Source of the DNA: Tubiluchus corallicola
Lineage: Eukaryota; Animalia; Priapulida
Direction: 5' to 3'
Length of the DNA: 64,000 nucleotides
NCBI GenBank assembly: GCA_030141605.1
Contig: JAQGDQ010000121.1
Span: 496,001-560,000, forward strand
Positions 1-18,900 of this stretch are shown here, in pieces (position 1 is the stretch's first letter; each line of letters starts with the position of its first letter). Both the position numbers and the translations under genes were made by a program. The notes under the pieces are model-generated. The model saw nothing but the letters and a program-made list of their open reading frames with translations. It was not told the origin of the DNA and did not search any database.

Positions 1-3000
1 TTATTTAATTATTTATATTTATGCATATATTTTCTTCGTAAAATTGTGTTTGTAAAGGCATGAACTTAGTTGTTCGAAATAAAGTAAATCACTTCAACCA
101 ATCTCTTTCTTTCCTCTTTTCAAACCACCGTCCACTACCTTTGTCTGATCCATAGGCTCTTGTTTTCATCATTGTAGTCCTTTTTTTATTATTTTGTCCT
201 TCTTATTTTTGCTGTACTTTTTTCCTTCTTTCTTTCTCACATACTCGTCCCTTAATTAATTATTCATTCACTCGACTCCTACACTTTATTTTTTCTCTCA
301 TCTGTCAAATTCATTTCTTCTTTAGCTGATTTCCACACCCACGCTTGGTCAAACCGTCAGACAGGACACCCCAATAAGTAAAACGCTTGACTGGAGCAAG
401 AAAGCAGCTATCATGTCACTCGCTATGCTCTACAGAACGCGGAAGTTTTACACTAATCACTTTACAGTAATAGTAGTAGTTATTACACTTTGTTAAGCAG
501 AAGAGCAACAGACTACAATCAGTGAATTACAACTGTTACAAATACTTGACAAGCATAGTTAATCACTTTTACTTTATTTATTCGCTTAATAATTGTGCAA
601 ACCAACAAACACGTAGATTTGCACCTAAAGTTTAGTTTTGTGATTCATCTGTGCTAGTTTGTGGGTTAGAAAGACGTTTTTGTGAGTGTAGTTAATGAGT
701 CTTAGTAAACAGGTCGTTGAGCCACTTTGGAAGAAATTAAAAATCGCCTCTGGAAAGAAGTAAAAACTATATACCTAACGGCTAAACTATACGACGTACT
801 TTGTGTTATAACACATTTATTACAAATTTCGTTTTTATCCTACTGCGCTAGAATTAACTGTGAGAGAAGAAAAAGTTGTGCAGTAAGTTTGTGGACATTT
901 GTCAATGTAAGTGTATCATTATTTCCACAATAAATTCATTAACATTTCGATCACAAGCCACATCGATAATTTGGCTTCAACGAACTTCAGTCCGATACAA
1001 TAAGATTAAATGTGTGATTTTTTAGACTGCTATTTGCTGCTGATTCAAATCCTAGAATATTTTACGGAAAACACTTTTAAAATGGTATATAATTGTAGAG
1101 GAATATTTGTTGTAATATGTCAAAAAAGTGAGATTTGTGTGACGTCAGCGCTTCCACTTTTCGTTTACACAAATAACAGGAGCCAAAAATGAGTGAAATG
1201 ATGACTCGAACCAAGTAAAACTACCAAATGCATATGACACAGTTGACACCATAACAATAAAGTACAATAAAGTAAACCAATAAACGTGAGATCACGCTGA
1301 TAAAAAGTGAGATGAAGCTGAGTAACAGACGAATTTTCTAGTTTTTATATCTTTTGGTAGAGATTGTGTAATTCCCAATTGCATCGCCTAATTGTAATTT
1401 AATTTTGCTCGAAAAAATGCAGTAGAATCTTTTTTCAAAAGCTAGAAACTCTATAAGCAGAAGATGAACACTTGGTGGACTTAGGAGTCATGACTAAGTA
1501 TTACAGTGTATAAATTTCTAATTTTTTGTACGTTAATGTATACGTACCCGATTTTAACATGTTCGATTACGAAAAGTAATAAACATGTAATGTACACGCT
1601 CAAACCAGTGCTGCGTTCCCATATCTATGTTGTTTATTCGACAAAAATACAAATTCAAGATTTTGGCAAAACCTTAATAAATAACAATTAGCGAAATTCT
1701 CCGCCTTTGTAAATGATAATTTAATCTCCAGAATTACAAATGGTGAAATGCACAATAGAAGCATAAATATAGAAAGACTAGAACTATGAACTGGTGGGTG
1801 GAATTTTTTCACGTACCGGTAAATATTGGAAAAGTAAACTCTACAGGCCTAACGGACAATGGCCCACTGGCCCGCTGTCTGCTTAAGAAAACAATGCCGG
1901 TTAAAATAACACGTAACAACGGTAGCATTAACGTGAACAGCCATTAGTGTGAATACAGACTGTAATTTTTATTTTGGTATCACTCGCATTTTAACATAAA
2001 ACGACGTAAAGTCACAGTAAAAAGGAAATGAAGATTTTAACTGACAGGCTGACTGGAATCAAGCAAATATTCAAAGAACAACTGCGTTAAATACAATGAT
2101 TAGGGCCCTCGTTTCAGCTTGAAATTCTCACAACTTAGTTTTAGTTTAATTTTATTTATCTCATTTGAAATACATATACAACATTTTACTATATACAATT
2201 CACCATAATTGTATTGAGGCGGGGCGGCGAATGGTCACCTGGCAGTCACCCCAAATTATAAAACATTACTAATTTTTTTTATTTAGTTAAAAATAAATGC
2301 TGCTAACAGCGGCTTGTGAGAAGCGCTAAAATGATAATTTACAATTATCACGTTACACAATAGCATCATGTCAGTAGTCACAAAATAGAAATAATTTTAA
2401 TATCAATAAATACATTACTTGATCTCTTTTGTTGGTATCTTATACCTTATATGTACACATACCGGAATGAGGTACATGTTGTGCAATACAGCAGACATCC
2501 TGTTTAGACTGTATAAATTGGTTGCAATTTAGTTAAATTAGTGAAATTTGCAGCGTAATGCCCATAAAACGCAAATGAGAAGATAAATGCAAATCAGCAA
2601 GTCTCTTCATTATAATTTGTTAGTAAGCACACAAATGTAATGCAATTGCAACTTAAAATAAAACGAATTAGCCAGGATAAAATAGTACATGAGTTACAAG
2701 ACTTCGTATCGTTATGCACACAATCTGCAAGGCCCTAAAAAAGCTGTCAATGTGGTGCAAGTGGGGTTCTCATTGTTGATTCAATGATTACTCGACTAGT
2801 CATTTCCAACTTCAGAATATAAACTAATGGTAAGACCAAAACTCGCCAGGAGTGTACGGTAGGCAAGCATAAAGTCACTGAATTATAAATGAGTGACAAA
2901 TGAATTCAAGACACGAATGAGTGACTGATAGTCTGTATATAAATTTATTATTATATTTGCGTAAATGCAAATTGGCACTAAAGAAGTTCACTCTAAGGTA

Positions 3001-4244
3001 AAACGGTTAACGGCTTAAACAAATGACCCTTCGAATAAATGTTGAACAATTAAGACCTTTGAAATCTCATGAACTTAAATAGTGTCTTAATTTTAGATGT
3101 ATTACAGATAACAGATAACTCTGACCGAAATAAGTCATGATTACTTAATTGTACAAATAAAGAATTTATGGGGGTAGCTATAACTTATGTTACTCAACTA
3201 ACCTAGCATAATAATACACTGTAAAGTCATTAGGTATTGCGCTATTTCTAGACCCAGGTCATGTACAGTACACGGAAAGCTATTTAGCTACCGGTGAATT
3301 TAAAGAACTTTCTGAATTTAAGGTAATGCTAAAAAGTTATATATGATACGCTGAAAATCACAAGCAGTTCTATGGTTTGTGCGCTTTTTAGTCGAAACCG
3401 TGCGCTTTCTCCTATATAAGTATGTTGCTTAGAGTGAAAGCAGAGCGATTGATTTTGCAACGCATAAAAAGGCGTAAAATCACTTGAATTAGCTTCATAA
3501 TAGCCAACACTCAAATCTTGTTTAGGTTGTACAACTTGATTGCAATAACCAAAAATACAACTCCTTTAAGGTAAACTTCGCAGAATTTAGAAAATTGAGA
3601 ACAAAAAGTTGTAATATAATCATTAAATGCAAGTGAAAAGACAAGTGAAAGTGTCTATTTGAAATTCTAGCTACTGTGTATGACTGCTTTGTCCGCTCCA
3701 ATACATGCCATTGCTAGCACTCCAAACGAGCGTATTGCACTATGTGTGAAAAACTAAAGCATGTCAACACGGCGAGACAGCGACACAGCGGCGTATTTTT
3801 CAACTTCTGTTCGCGTCCACACATATAGACGGCCAATCAGTTTTCGCGTGTCTTTACATACATGCAACTATACATACAGATAGTCTGTCTTTTAGAGTCA
3901 GGAGCTGCAGAGTGAGTTCGAGAGGTCATCCTGTCAGTAGCATGACTAACTACTGTGCTGTGGTATTATTGTGCGAAACACGATTAATGATTAACGTGAC
4001 AAAATTTACAAGTAACCATCAATCTGGAAATGCGTGGGGTGGGAGAACTCCAATTACAAGTACATTGTAGTCAAATGTGCTTGAACAAGTGGATGTGGCG
4101 CTTGTTGAGCTGAAAATTAGTACGACCTCACAGTGTCAAAGCCAACGTCATAGAGCATGGATTTTTTGAAAGTTTGGCACACTGCAAGCCGACATCCAGC
4201 CCTCAGTGGCAGGACGTCCATTGTCGAGGCAGGATCTAGCACAC

Positions 4245-4251
4245 TATAAAA
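4245..4251 (+). promoter_or_regulatory. Candidate TATA box (TATAAAA) of the secreted-protein gene
   Basis: TATAAAA lies upstream of a plausible 5'UTR exon ending AAG|GTGACA (4431/4432). An acceptor CCTTTTCAG (4723) sits just before the ATGs at 4726 and 4750. Position is consistent but unverified. Confidence 0.4.
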
Positions 4252-4749
4252 GATATTTCCTCCAGATGAGACGTAGAACCGGTGAAGGTGTTTTAGCCAA
4301 GTTTAGATGTGAATACTAGTCAGACATGTTGCTGCTTCACTTCATCTCCAACACCTAGCTTGACCACTCAGACAACCCAACTTTATTGTACCGTGTACTA
4401 TGCAGTTGACGAAATATATATGAGTTTTAAGGTGACACCAAGCAATTTTGCTTTGTCCAAGAAATATTCTTTTTGTGGGAAAAATTATGTATTTCTGCTA
4501 TTTTTGCTGGTACAGAGTTTATGAGAGTTGCAATTATAACAGCAGTACAAGTAACAGCAGTACTAATTGCTAAAAAGAGTAATTATTCCTATGAAATATA
4601 AGACACCGTAAATTAGTAACTTCACTGAAACTGACATAACGTCGCATTTTAATGATAAAAAATGACGGCTGTGAAATTGTTGTTATAGCAGCCGAAAATC
4701 TTTCACTTTTCCAACCTTTTCAGAAATGCTCGATAACAAGGTCAATGCC

Positions 4750-9868
<5,119 letters not shown>

Positions 9869-10335
9869 ATCAGTTATATACAATAGGTACAAAATTAAAG
9901 TCAAACATTCAAGAAATTGTATTATGTCTGAATAAGCATACAAACTGCAAACTATTATTGCTCTGTAGCTTCTTAATATCACATTATGTAATAGGTACCA
10001 GGAGAGAAAGAAGTTTAATAGCTAGAACGCATTGAAAAGTGCTCAAAATTGTTATTAGATTTTGCGGAGACATGCTTCTTGTTACTGTATGAACATAGCT
10101 TAAATGCTTTGTATAGCGTGATAATACAATTTGTGTCTACAGTTTACACCTAAAGATCATCAGTGAAGTTTGTTTTATCGCTGTAGCAATGGCTGTAACA
10201 ATGTAGAAAGGCTGTAGCAACAGATAGTCTTTTAAAAAGAACATGAATCAAGCTGGTTGAGTGTATGATTTTACACGTAAATTATTCATTGGATGGCCTA
10301 TTTTAGAATGTGTTACTGTATATAGACAGCTTAAA

Positions 10336-10341
10336 AATAAA
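10336..10341 (+). other. Candidate polyadenylation signal AATAAA for the secreted-protein gene
   Basis: AATAAA ~470 nt after the stop codon, followed by T/GT-rich sequence. Confidence 0.35.
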
Positions 10342-11012
10342 TTTATGTACAAAAACTATATGATTTTATACTGTAATATGTATAGTGATTGAAAACTGTT
10401 TACACCAGTGCTTCAGGTCCTTACCTAAAAACTACTTAATGGTCTCCTTGTCTCGCCACTCACAGAAACCTTGTACAACTGACATCTCTTCAGTCTCCTT
10501 AATCTTGGGTAAGATTATATTTGGGTAAACTTGTACAAATTTATATTAGGGTGCCCATAACGAACTTCAGCTATTTTTAACTTTGTTGGTAACTTCAGCA
10601 ATTCAAGATGAAATCTTTACTGTTTTATCACATCTAACCAATTAAAAACACAAGTCTAAAAACAGCAAGCTAAACAGTGACTGAGGGTGAACAGTTTGAC
10701 ATTAGTATCAATAATGCTATCAGATCTTGGAAAGGCATCTCTCTGAGAAAGAAATAAATGAGAAAAATTAGTGAACAGGAATTTTAAGTAAAATTATCAT
10801 AACTTTAGATTCATTTTTCTAGCACTGGCACATCATTTTTTGACATGTCACATTTTAATTGTCCTTTATGTGTATAAACTACAGCATCCAAGCTTTGAAA
10901 CTTGCAGGCATTAGAACTATAAATTTGTGCACAGCAAAAAATTATCTTGGTTCCCTTTCAATTTTCAAAGTTAGTTGAATTTCAACTCGTGTTTTTTGTA
11001 TACCACCCGATG

Positions 11013-11410
11013 TATCGGGTGGTGCAAAAAAAGTGCCGAAGTTTGACCACGATATTATAAGAAGAAAATAACGGAATCGAATTAAAAATTAATAAATTGA
11101 TGTTACACGAGTTTATGCACAAATATCGAAAATTTTTGGTCATTCGCTTAAATTTGACTGAAGATACAAAAGTTTTTAATCAAGAAGTCAAAAAACTTAA
11201 ATGCGGGAAAAAAGTTGTCACTATCGTTACAATTTACAGCATGCGCTCGATGTGTCCGTTATTTCTTCCAGCGGTTGGTACAGTTTCTCACTTTTTTGAG
11301 GGCAGTCATTCTCAACACTCAACAATTTTCGCCTTTAGTTCCCCTGCATCAAACTGCTCTGTGTGGCCGTTAAACACTTTCTCTTTAAGAGAATTCCAAA
11401 TACCATAATA
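11013..11410 (-). mobile_element. Tc1/mariner transposon 3' remnant (transposase C-terminus plus terminal repeat)
   Basis: The minus strand translates YYGIWNSLKEKVFNGHTEQFDAGELKAKIVEC*...GRNNGHIERML*, resembling the Tc1/mariner C-terminal 'DYxIWxxLKxKV...ELKxxI...GHIE' pattern. The end TA|TCGGGTGGTGCAAAAAAAGTGCCGAAGTTT looks like a mariner TIR, and a similar sequence occurs at ~60972-61007. Confidence 0.65.
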
Positions 11411-12937
11411 TAGAAAATTAAACTCTATTTATTCTTGACAACACAGCTTTAGCAGTGATTTATTTTCTGTGATGAAAACTTATACTGAGTGCTTCATACG
11501 TGTTGTTTTTTCAGATGATGAATTATAGCTGCATTGTTCATATAGCTAAATTTTTAATATGTAATCGCTTTTTGGCCGTAAATCAAAAACCACTAAAACT
11601 ATAAAACTAGTGACTTCCACAGTCAAAAGTTTATGTATAATACATATCAAGCCATGAAATTTCAATTTTGCAGGACACTTGTTCCCAATATTATTGTAGT
11701 CTAAACTTTGGCACATTTTCTTTGTGCTAATCGACACATAATACATATTTATTATATGTTTGATTCCTGCAGTTTTGGCAGTCAGTTTAGCAAAACTCTT
11801 CATGCTATTTTCTTGTCCAACTTTTGCAAAAGCTGTAGATTTGTAATGAAAATAATAAGGCTATGGATGCTGCATGTCATGTGGAAGTCTATTCTGCACA
11901 GAGAGTGATATTAATCTCAGAGAAAAAGATGTATACTACTATAAAATAGTTGTGTGTAATTATTATCCATTGCTCCCTTGCACAAACAATACCTTAAATG
12001 AGGCAGGCATTCAGCCATTGCTGATAACTGATGGGTGATTATCACATTTTTGTATCAGATCTCAAGAATTACATTTTACGCAAAATCTTTTTATGGGGTT
12101 TTGCTCATAATTTTATGATAACTCCACTTACAGTACATCAAGAATGATCAGAACATCTTATTTTAAAAAATACACAAAAGAAAAAATACTTATTTACATT
12201 TGTTTGTATTTACATTCTACACAATACTTAGCAAACTGTAACACTAAATTTGAGTTAATTCGTATATAAAAATAATTTGTTAGGTTTCGTTAAGAAAGTA
12301 GAAAATTTACAGTTACAAAAATGTCTAGAAATAAGGCATTTATATTTACATTTGAAAGACTGTCAGTCAGAAATGTTTCTCTTCTTTTATAGCAGCTACG
12401 ATTGCGAATGAAACCCCTTATTATGGTCAGTTTACCTATGTAACAAAAGACATCCCTTTTTTACTCAAATTGACAAGTTTATGATTTATTAAACAAATAC
12501 GAAAAAACATAATACACACATTCTTGCTAAGCATTACATTTTGTAGGAAATGCAACGAAGACACTGACTTTGTGCTGTTAAGAGTTCATATGTAATAATT
12601 TTAAGTATAATGTACTTGATATAATAAGTTTACAGTAGGCTAATTAGGTAAAGTAATTAGTTATTCTCTAGTTTCAAACTCTACTTTTAGTGGTTGACTG
12701 AATAGTAGTGCAAATATCTCCAAGTACATTAAGGAATATCTGCATGAATTTTAACCTTCCGCAATTTTAAATCTAAAAAGTCTACACAGATCTGAATCAC
12801 ATTCTTTGCTTCTAAATATCATCTTGTTACCATGCTAATACTATTCATCTTTTTTAAGCATTTAGTACTCACAAACATTTACAACTGGGCTTTGATATAA
12901 AAAAAACTTATATATAAAAAGCTATATTACCAGTGTG

Positions 12938-15900
12938 TCATTGCACAAGATGTGAGACTGACAATAACGACTTATTCCTCTCGCTCTCTGTCTCTTCCCT
13001 CTGCAGTAACGACATACTAGTACTATCATGCAAAAGCGAACATCGTGACTCCAAGATACGTACTTGACTTTGCAGTGCTGATATGGTATCTTCATATTCC
13101 TGTTAGGATGCAAATAACACGTGATATCAATTTCCATCGGTGAAAATGAATCAGTCAAGGGTAGACATATTTTTATATTTATTAAACATATCTCAACCTT
13201 TAGATGGCTTTGCTCAACTTAGTATAAAATCAATTTGCTCATTGCATATTACAGGAGACTTAATGCGCAACTGTTTTATGATTGCTGGTACACAAATAAA
13301 TGAATAACTAATGGTCAAATAAAGTGCTTTAGCATTAGCACATTTTACTGCATTTTGGGTTTATAAATACATTAATGCCTGACGTGACACAATAGGATAA
13401 CGATGACTTACTTCACAAAATTTTATACACTAAATTTTGTAATCTCACTACAGCAAAACAAACAGTATCAGCTTTAAAAACTAAGTTAGCTCAGGAAAAG
13501 AGTATAGATTGAAAAAGAACCAGAGTTTGAAATCTATAATACCTAGCAATTATTAAAGAATGTATCGCACATACGAGGTAAAAACTATTATTACTATATA
13601 CTTGCCCGTTGTATTTCCATAGGAAGCATAAGCTGAAGTCGTTTTTCATATTCCCACTTTATAAGCTTTAATCTTTCATTTTGATTTTTTTCTGCAAAGT
13701 AATTGTCACCTTACATTACAAACGGAACACGAATTAACCTATTCAAATCTATATTATCTTGTTTATTGATTCATAGATCACTGGCTAATATTAATTAGAC
13801 TGCTATAGTGTTATGTTCACCTGTAAGCACTGAAAAATGAACTTTAGCTGTAACAAATTGCCATAGCAATGTTTCAGGACACACTCTGTAAAAAACTGTG
13901 GTGACAACAATTATCCTGATACACTTCCAAATTTGTGTAAGCCCAAGTCTTTAGAGAATTCCAGAAACAAGATTTCACTGAAAAATTATGTGAGTTTTAT
14001 ATAAAAATGTTAAATAATTAAGGCAAAAATTTCAATGTTACGGCTACGAGTGGCAACCCACACTATACATATGTACCACTAGGTTGTCACTAGTTTGGTG
14101 TGAAGTTACCAGTTTGACTGTGAAATTATGAAACAAACATGTCAACATAGCATTTAACACTGTGTGCAATGCCCCATGCACCTTATATGCTGCGTAGAAT
14201 GTAAATTACCCTTTTGGCATAATATTAGTATTATTTACCTGCTTGCTGCTTTTCCTGCAAAGTTTTGCTAAGTTGAAGTCGTACATTGTCTAACTCCTCG
14301 CGAATGCTGGCAACCTCAATTGCTTTCTTCTTCTTCATAGCTTCAAGTTCTTTTACAAACTGATCTGCTGTTTCTTTCAGCCGCCATTCCAGCCTTTAAG
14401 TAAATATATATTTTCTATTTGTTGCAGAAAAAGATAAAAAAATAGTAACTTTTAATCTAACCCCTACAATAAGCTATTCCAGATTTTCAATTAGTACATT
14501 CTTCATTTCTTAAGCAACAATCAAAGCCATGCAGGTACTCAACCAAGGACCCCTGAGGAGATATTAACAAGTAATTGTTACCATCTTAGCCCATAAAGGT
14601 TACTTAGCTGAAAAGCCCACATGCAAGCAGTAAATGTGACAAACCATAACTTGAATCATTCTGTACGCAGGTAAAATTTGTAAGAAACTACCCATAAATA
14701 GGGCCACTTGGATAAATCTGAGATTCTGAATGTAAATTACTCAGGATGATTTTGTGGCAATCAGAAAAACCAAGTAAAAAGCCACAAAAGCAACAAGGAT
14801 TGCACAGTTCTTCAATTCACTCTAAAACTTACTTTCAAGTTCCCTTGAAAAAGTATACAAAAGGGCACTTACACTTATATACTTTTTTGTAAAACAAACC
14901 CACAATAACTGCTAGAAGAATCAATCTTACCTGTTGCAATTTTAATATTAAAAAAATCAATTGTACTTTAGAAAATTAATTCTAACTTTTAACTTCAAAA
15001 AATAAAGCTAGTTCCAAAACCAAATGTCAGCAATTATTAGCAAAATGGCACTGGTGCTGAAATAATTACATGCCTTTGTTTTTCTTCAGCAAGCGTGTTT
15101 CTTTCACCTAAATACTTCGCCAGCAGAGCTTTTACTTCCCGTGTTTTACTTTCATATTCATCTTCCATGTGGCGCCACCTGTTAGTCACATCTGATATGC
15201 TTGTGTTAAGAGATTCTTGATGACATTGTTCCAGTGACTCTAGCTCCTTGCGAAATTTGCTAACCTAAAACAATCAATTACAAATTAAAGATGACAGTAA
15301 TGTAATAAAAATGATCAAAATCACTGGTGCATTCAAATCACTGCTATTTTTTATTAACAGAAAATATTTTACCCAATTTATTTTGGCAAAACAGTTACAA
15401 TGACATCTGTTTACAGTTAGTGACAAATTAAATACAGCAAGTCCTCGCTTAATGACGCTAATGCGTTCCAGCAAAATGCGACATAAAGCAAAAGGTTGTT
15501 AAACGAAACCAAAACTTCCATAGGAAGTAATGTAAACGAATTCAGATACGTTCCAGAAACTATAAATCAATGCATCAATGCTGCTCAAATCAAACAAATT
15601 AAATGTTTTATGAGTTTTATTCATATTTCTACTGATTAATTTCTTTCTTTTTGCTTGAAACCACCTATCTTTCTTAACAGCACCTAGCCAGACTTGCTAG
15701 TGATTTCTCCTCCCATTTAAACACTGCTTGTTAAACACTACGTAGTGAAAGCCAAGCTCTGCGTGGAGCAACCTTCAGACAATTTCATATAGCACTAATT
15801 TGTTTGTTATAACAACGGGTTACAGACAAAATTCCTTGGCATAAAATTTAAACTCAGATGTCGTTTGATACAAATAGTGCGTGGTCAGTCGGGTAGCAAA

Positions 15901-18900
15901 AGCATTATAATAATTGCACTATTTAGGCTACTAATGCATTTTTAGAACAGAATAATGCAATATATACCGTTTTAATGTTTCAAATTAGGCTAAAAAAGTT
16001 GCTGATAAAATAAAAAATGGCTGTAAGCAAAGTAAAAACATCTTTGTTAAAACGAAATGTGGCTGTACATGGAATCATTAAGCGAGGACTTACTGTATAT
16101 TAAGTGCCTATTGATGTCAAGTTGATAGCTTTTAATGTTGCACTAATAGCACTGATGCTAGTCGCAGCTTTGTATATATCTAAATATTTGCAAGGCACAT
16201 GCATACATGTAAGCATGTTTACACAATAAGATAAAACAATTAGACTTTTCTTCCTTTGTAATTTGATAAACACAGTATAATACAATTCCATCTTATACGT
16301 CAGCATACCAAAACTTCAATTTAAAAAACCAGGTTATTACACTAAATTTGAATGAGATTAGGACGCACCAAAGCCTCTTTTTCAGTATAATGGTGTCGCT
16401 TGTCTGCTTCGTGAGCTTCTTGCAGTTTAACCAGCTGATGCTTTCGTGTTTTATCTGCATGTCTTAAACGTTCCTTCAACTGATCTACTTGAGATGTCAA
16501 GTCTGCAATTGCCTGAGAGATATAAATAAAACAAAATAAATGAAACAAAATCGATGCTAATTGATGCCAATTAAAATTTATTACCAAAGCTGTGCAACAA
16601 ACTCAAAGGAGTTCTGGGTTTCCATAATTTTACAAAGTGGCGTTGCTTTGTTAACTTGTAAAGTATTTGAGTTGCCAATTAAAATTTGTTACCAAAGCTA
16701 CGCAGCAAAGTAAACAAACTTATTTTACGAAGCGACTTCAATTTGTTAACTTGCAGAATATTTGTGTATCAGTTTACACAACAATCCTGTTAGACATGTG
16801 ATCAGTGTTTTGCTCCTGCTCTGTTTTTGATGAATGGAGAAAACTTATGTTCTACTGTAACGGCCTATATTCCGACTGACAGCTTTTCAAACACTCAAAC
16901 ATTATTTCGTAAATCTGAATAAGAAAAGTGCTGGATACTTACTATAGAAGACTTAACCCGTTAAACATGACATTACATAAAGGATAAAAAATTATTTTGA
17001 TGCTGCTTAAATCATTATGTTAATTATCAACAATAATCCTCTAAATCGCATACTAAACTGACACAGCTTGCTTAATCAATTTCAGTTTCATATACATTCT
17101 CTTTCAGCAAACCTTCTGAACAGCAAATTTAACAAAAAATATTTAACATTAACCCGAGTTTTTTCTTCTATCGCTTGCTTATCTGCACTGTGCTGTTTCT
17201 CCCATTTCAGTGCATCACTTGCTCGTCCCTCCTCTAATGCATCTCTTTCCAACTGTAGCCTCTGCAGGTCTTTTCCATGCTGCAGATGGCGCTGTTGCAG
17301 CTGCATCTCGTAATATTCTCTCAGATCTTTTAGCTGTGCATGGAACTCGTCAGTTTGCGCTTCTTGCAACTGGCGAGAAGATATTAGATCTTCTTCTATT
17401 TTCTTCATCTGGTAAAACAAAATACATTAATGAGTGTAAATAAACTATAAATGCAATAACCATAAGATAAGCAAATCATTAGCTGAAACCACCTAAAATG
17501 CAGAGACGAAAGAAGAGTTATTTTGCTTAAATTGATAATCCAAGGTCACCACTGAAAGGACAATTAAAAATGGAGTACTCCTCCTACAAAATTAACCGGA
17601 AGGTTAGCAAGCTGCAGGAATAAATTTATTTTCATTAGAAAATCATTGCATATACACATATTAACTGAGTACATAAATCAATTGTTATGTTTAGAAGACC
17701 AGTGAACCCTAGGAAGCAGCTGACTGAAGCACCAAAATCATTTGTTTAGGTCTATGCTAAAGCTTGCACTAATTTTCTTGGTGATTTGATCACGGCTAGC
17801 ATCAACAGTAGCCTAACTGAGCAAAAAACTGGAAAAAAATCAATAATTACATCTGTTATTTTAGTAAAACCATGCTAGATGGCCAAATCTTAATGTGAAG
17901 TTTAGGAACTAATTGGATCACCTGTTATCAGACAAAAGTGATACCTTAATTTATTTGTTGTATGGCTTACATGGAAAACGTGGAAAAAATGCAAAGTTTA
18001 GGTAGAAAGAAATGAGACAAATTTTGAAATTCACTTTCTCACCTGACTGTTGACCTCTGTCATTAACAATGCATTGCTTTCTGCAGAACGATGACGATAC
18101 TCCTCAAAAACTTTCTGAGCCTGTGCTGCCCCCTGTTGAGAGGTCTGCTCCAATTTCACAATGACGTTATCCTTCTCGTTAATCAGCTGTTGTAAATCTG
18201 CTATTCGTGTTTCACTTGCTTCTGTAACTGAAGCAAGCTTGGATTCCAATTCTTGCACCTAAGCAATATCAAAAATGCCACGTTCAGGTGTCAGCTTGAA
18301 AAATGGCAGGCTTCACACAAATTTATACTTGATGCACACAGTAAAAAATCTCTGCAACAAATTGCCTGACACATATTGTCTCAGCCTGTCTCAAAAAAAA
18401 TTTTCCTGCACATAGCAACTTCTGTATGAAGCAAACTGTGTCATGGATAACCTCAGTAAACAATTATTAGATGACAGGTGACCAAAACGTTTGCTTTCTG
18501 TTGGTTTGATCTGACATGAGAAAGATTTTTGTTCTGATCCCAGAGATGAAAGCAAGATCAGTTTGTCTGAGATAGAAAATTAAGCAAGTTTAATAGAAAT
18601 TTGCATACAACTAATTTGGCAAAAAGCAACTGTCGAGCCCACAAACCTGCAAAATCCTGTCACAGCAAATTGATGCAGGCAGATTTTACATCGTGTGCGA
18701 GTCCTGTCTCAAGAAACTTAGACTAACATCAAAATTCTAAGGTAACTTATTAACTAAAAAGATCAAAAACACTACTTTGTGTCGAAAGCATTGCACTTTG
18801 TAAAAGAGTGTGTAAAAACACTAAGATGAAACATAAGTAATTTTTAAAGAAGCATCAACTAAAGCAACTAACTGAAAAAATAATTTTATAACAAACTGTA

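Noticed and set aside
1-4200. Short ORFs and TTAA-bounded segments (e.g. 3317-3570) suggestive of Kolobok/piggyBac-type elements
   Set aside because: No convincing TIR pair or protein motif could be established by eye.
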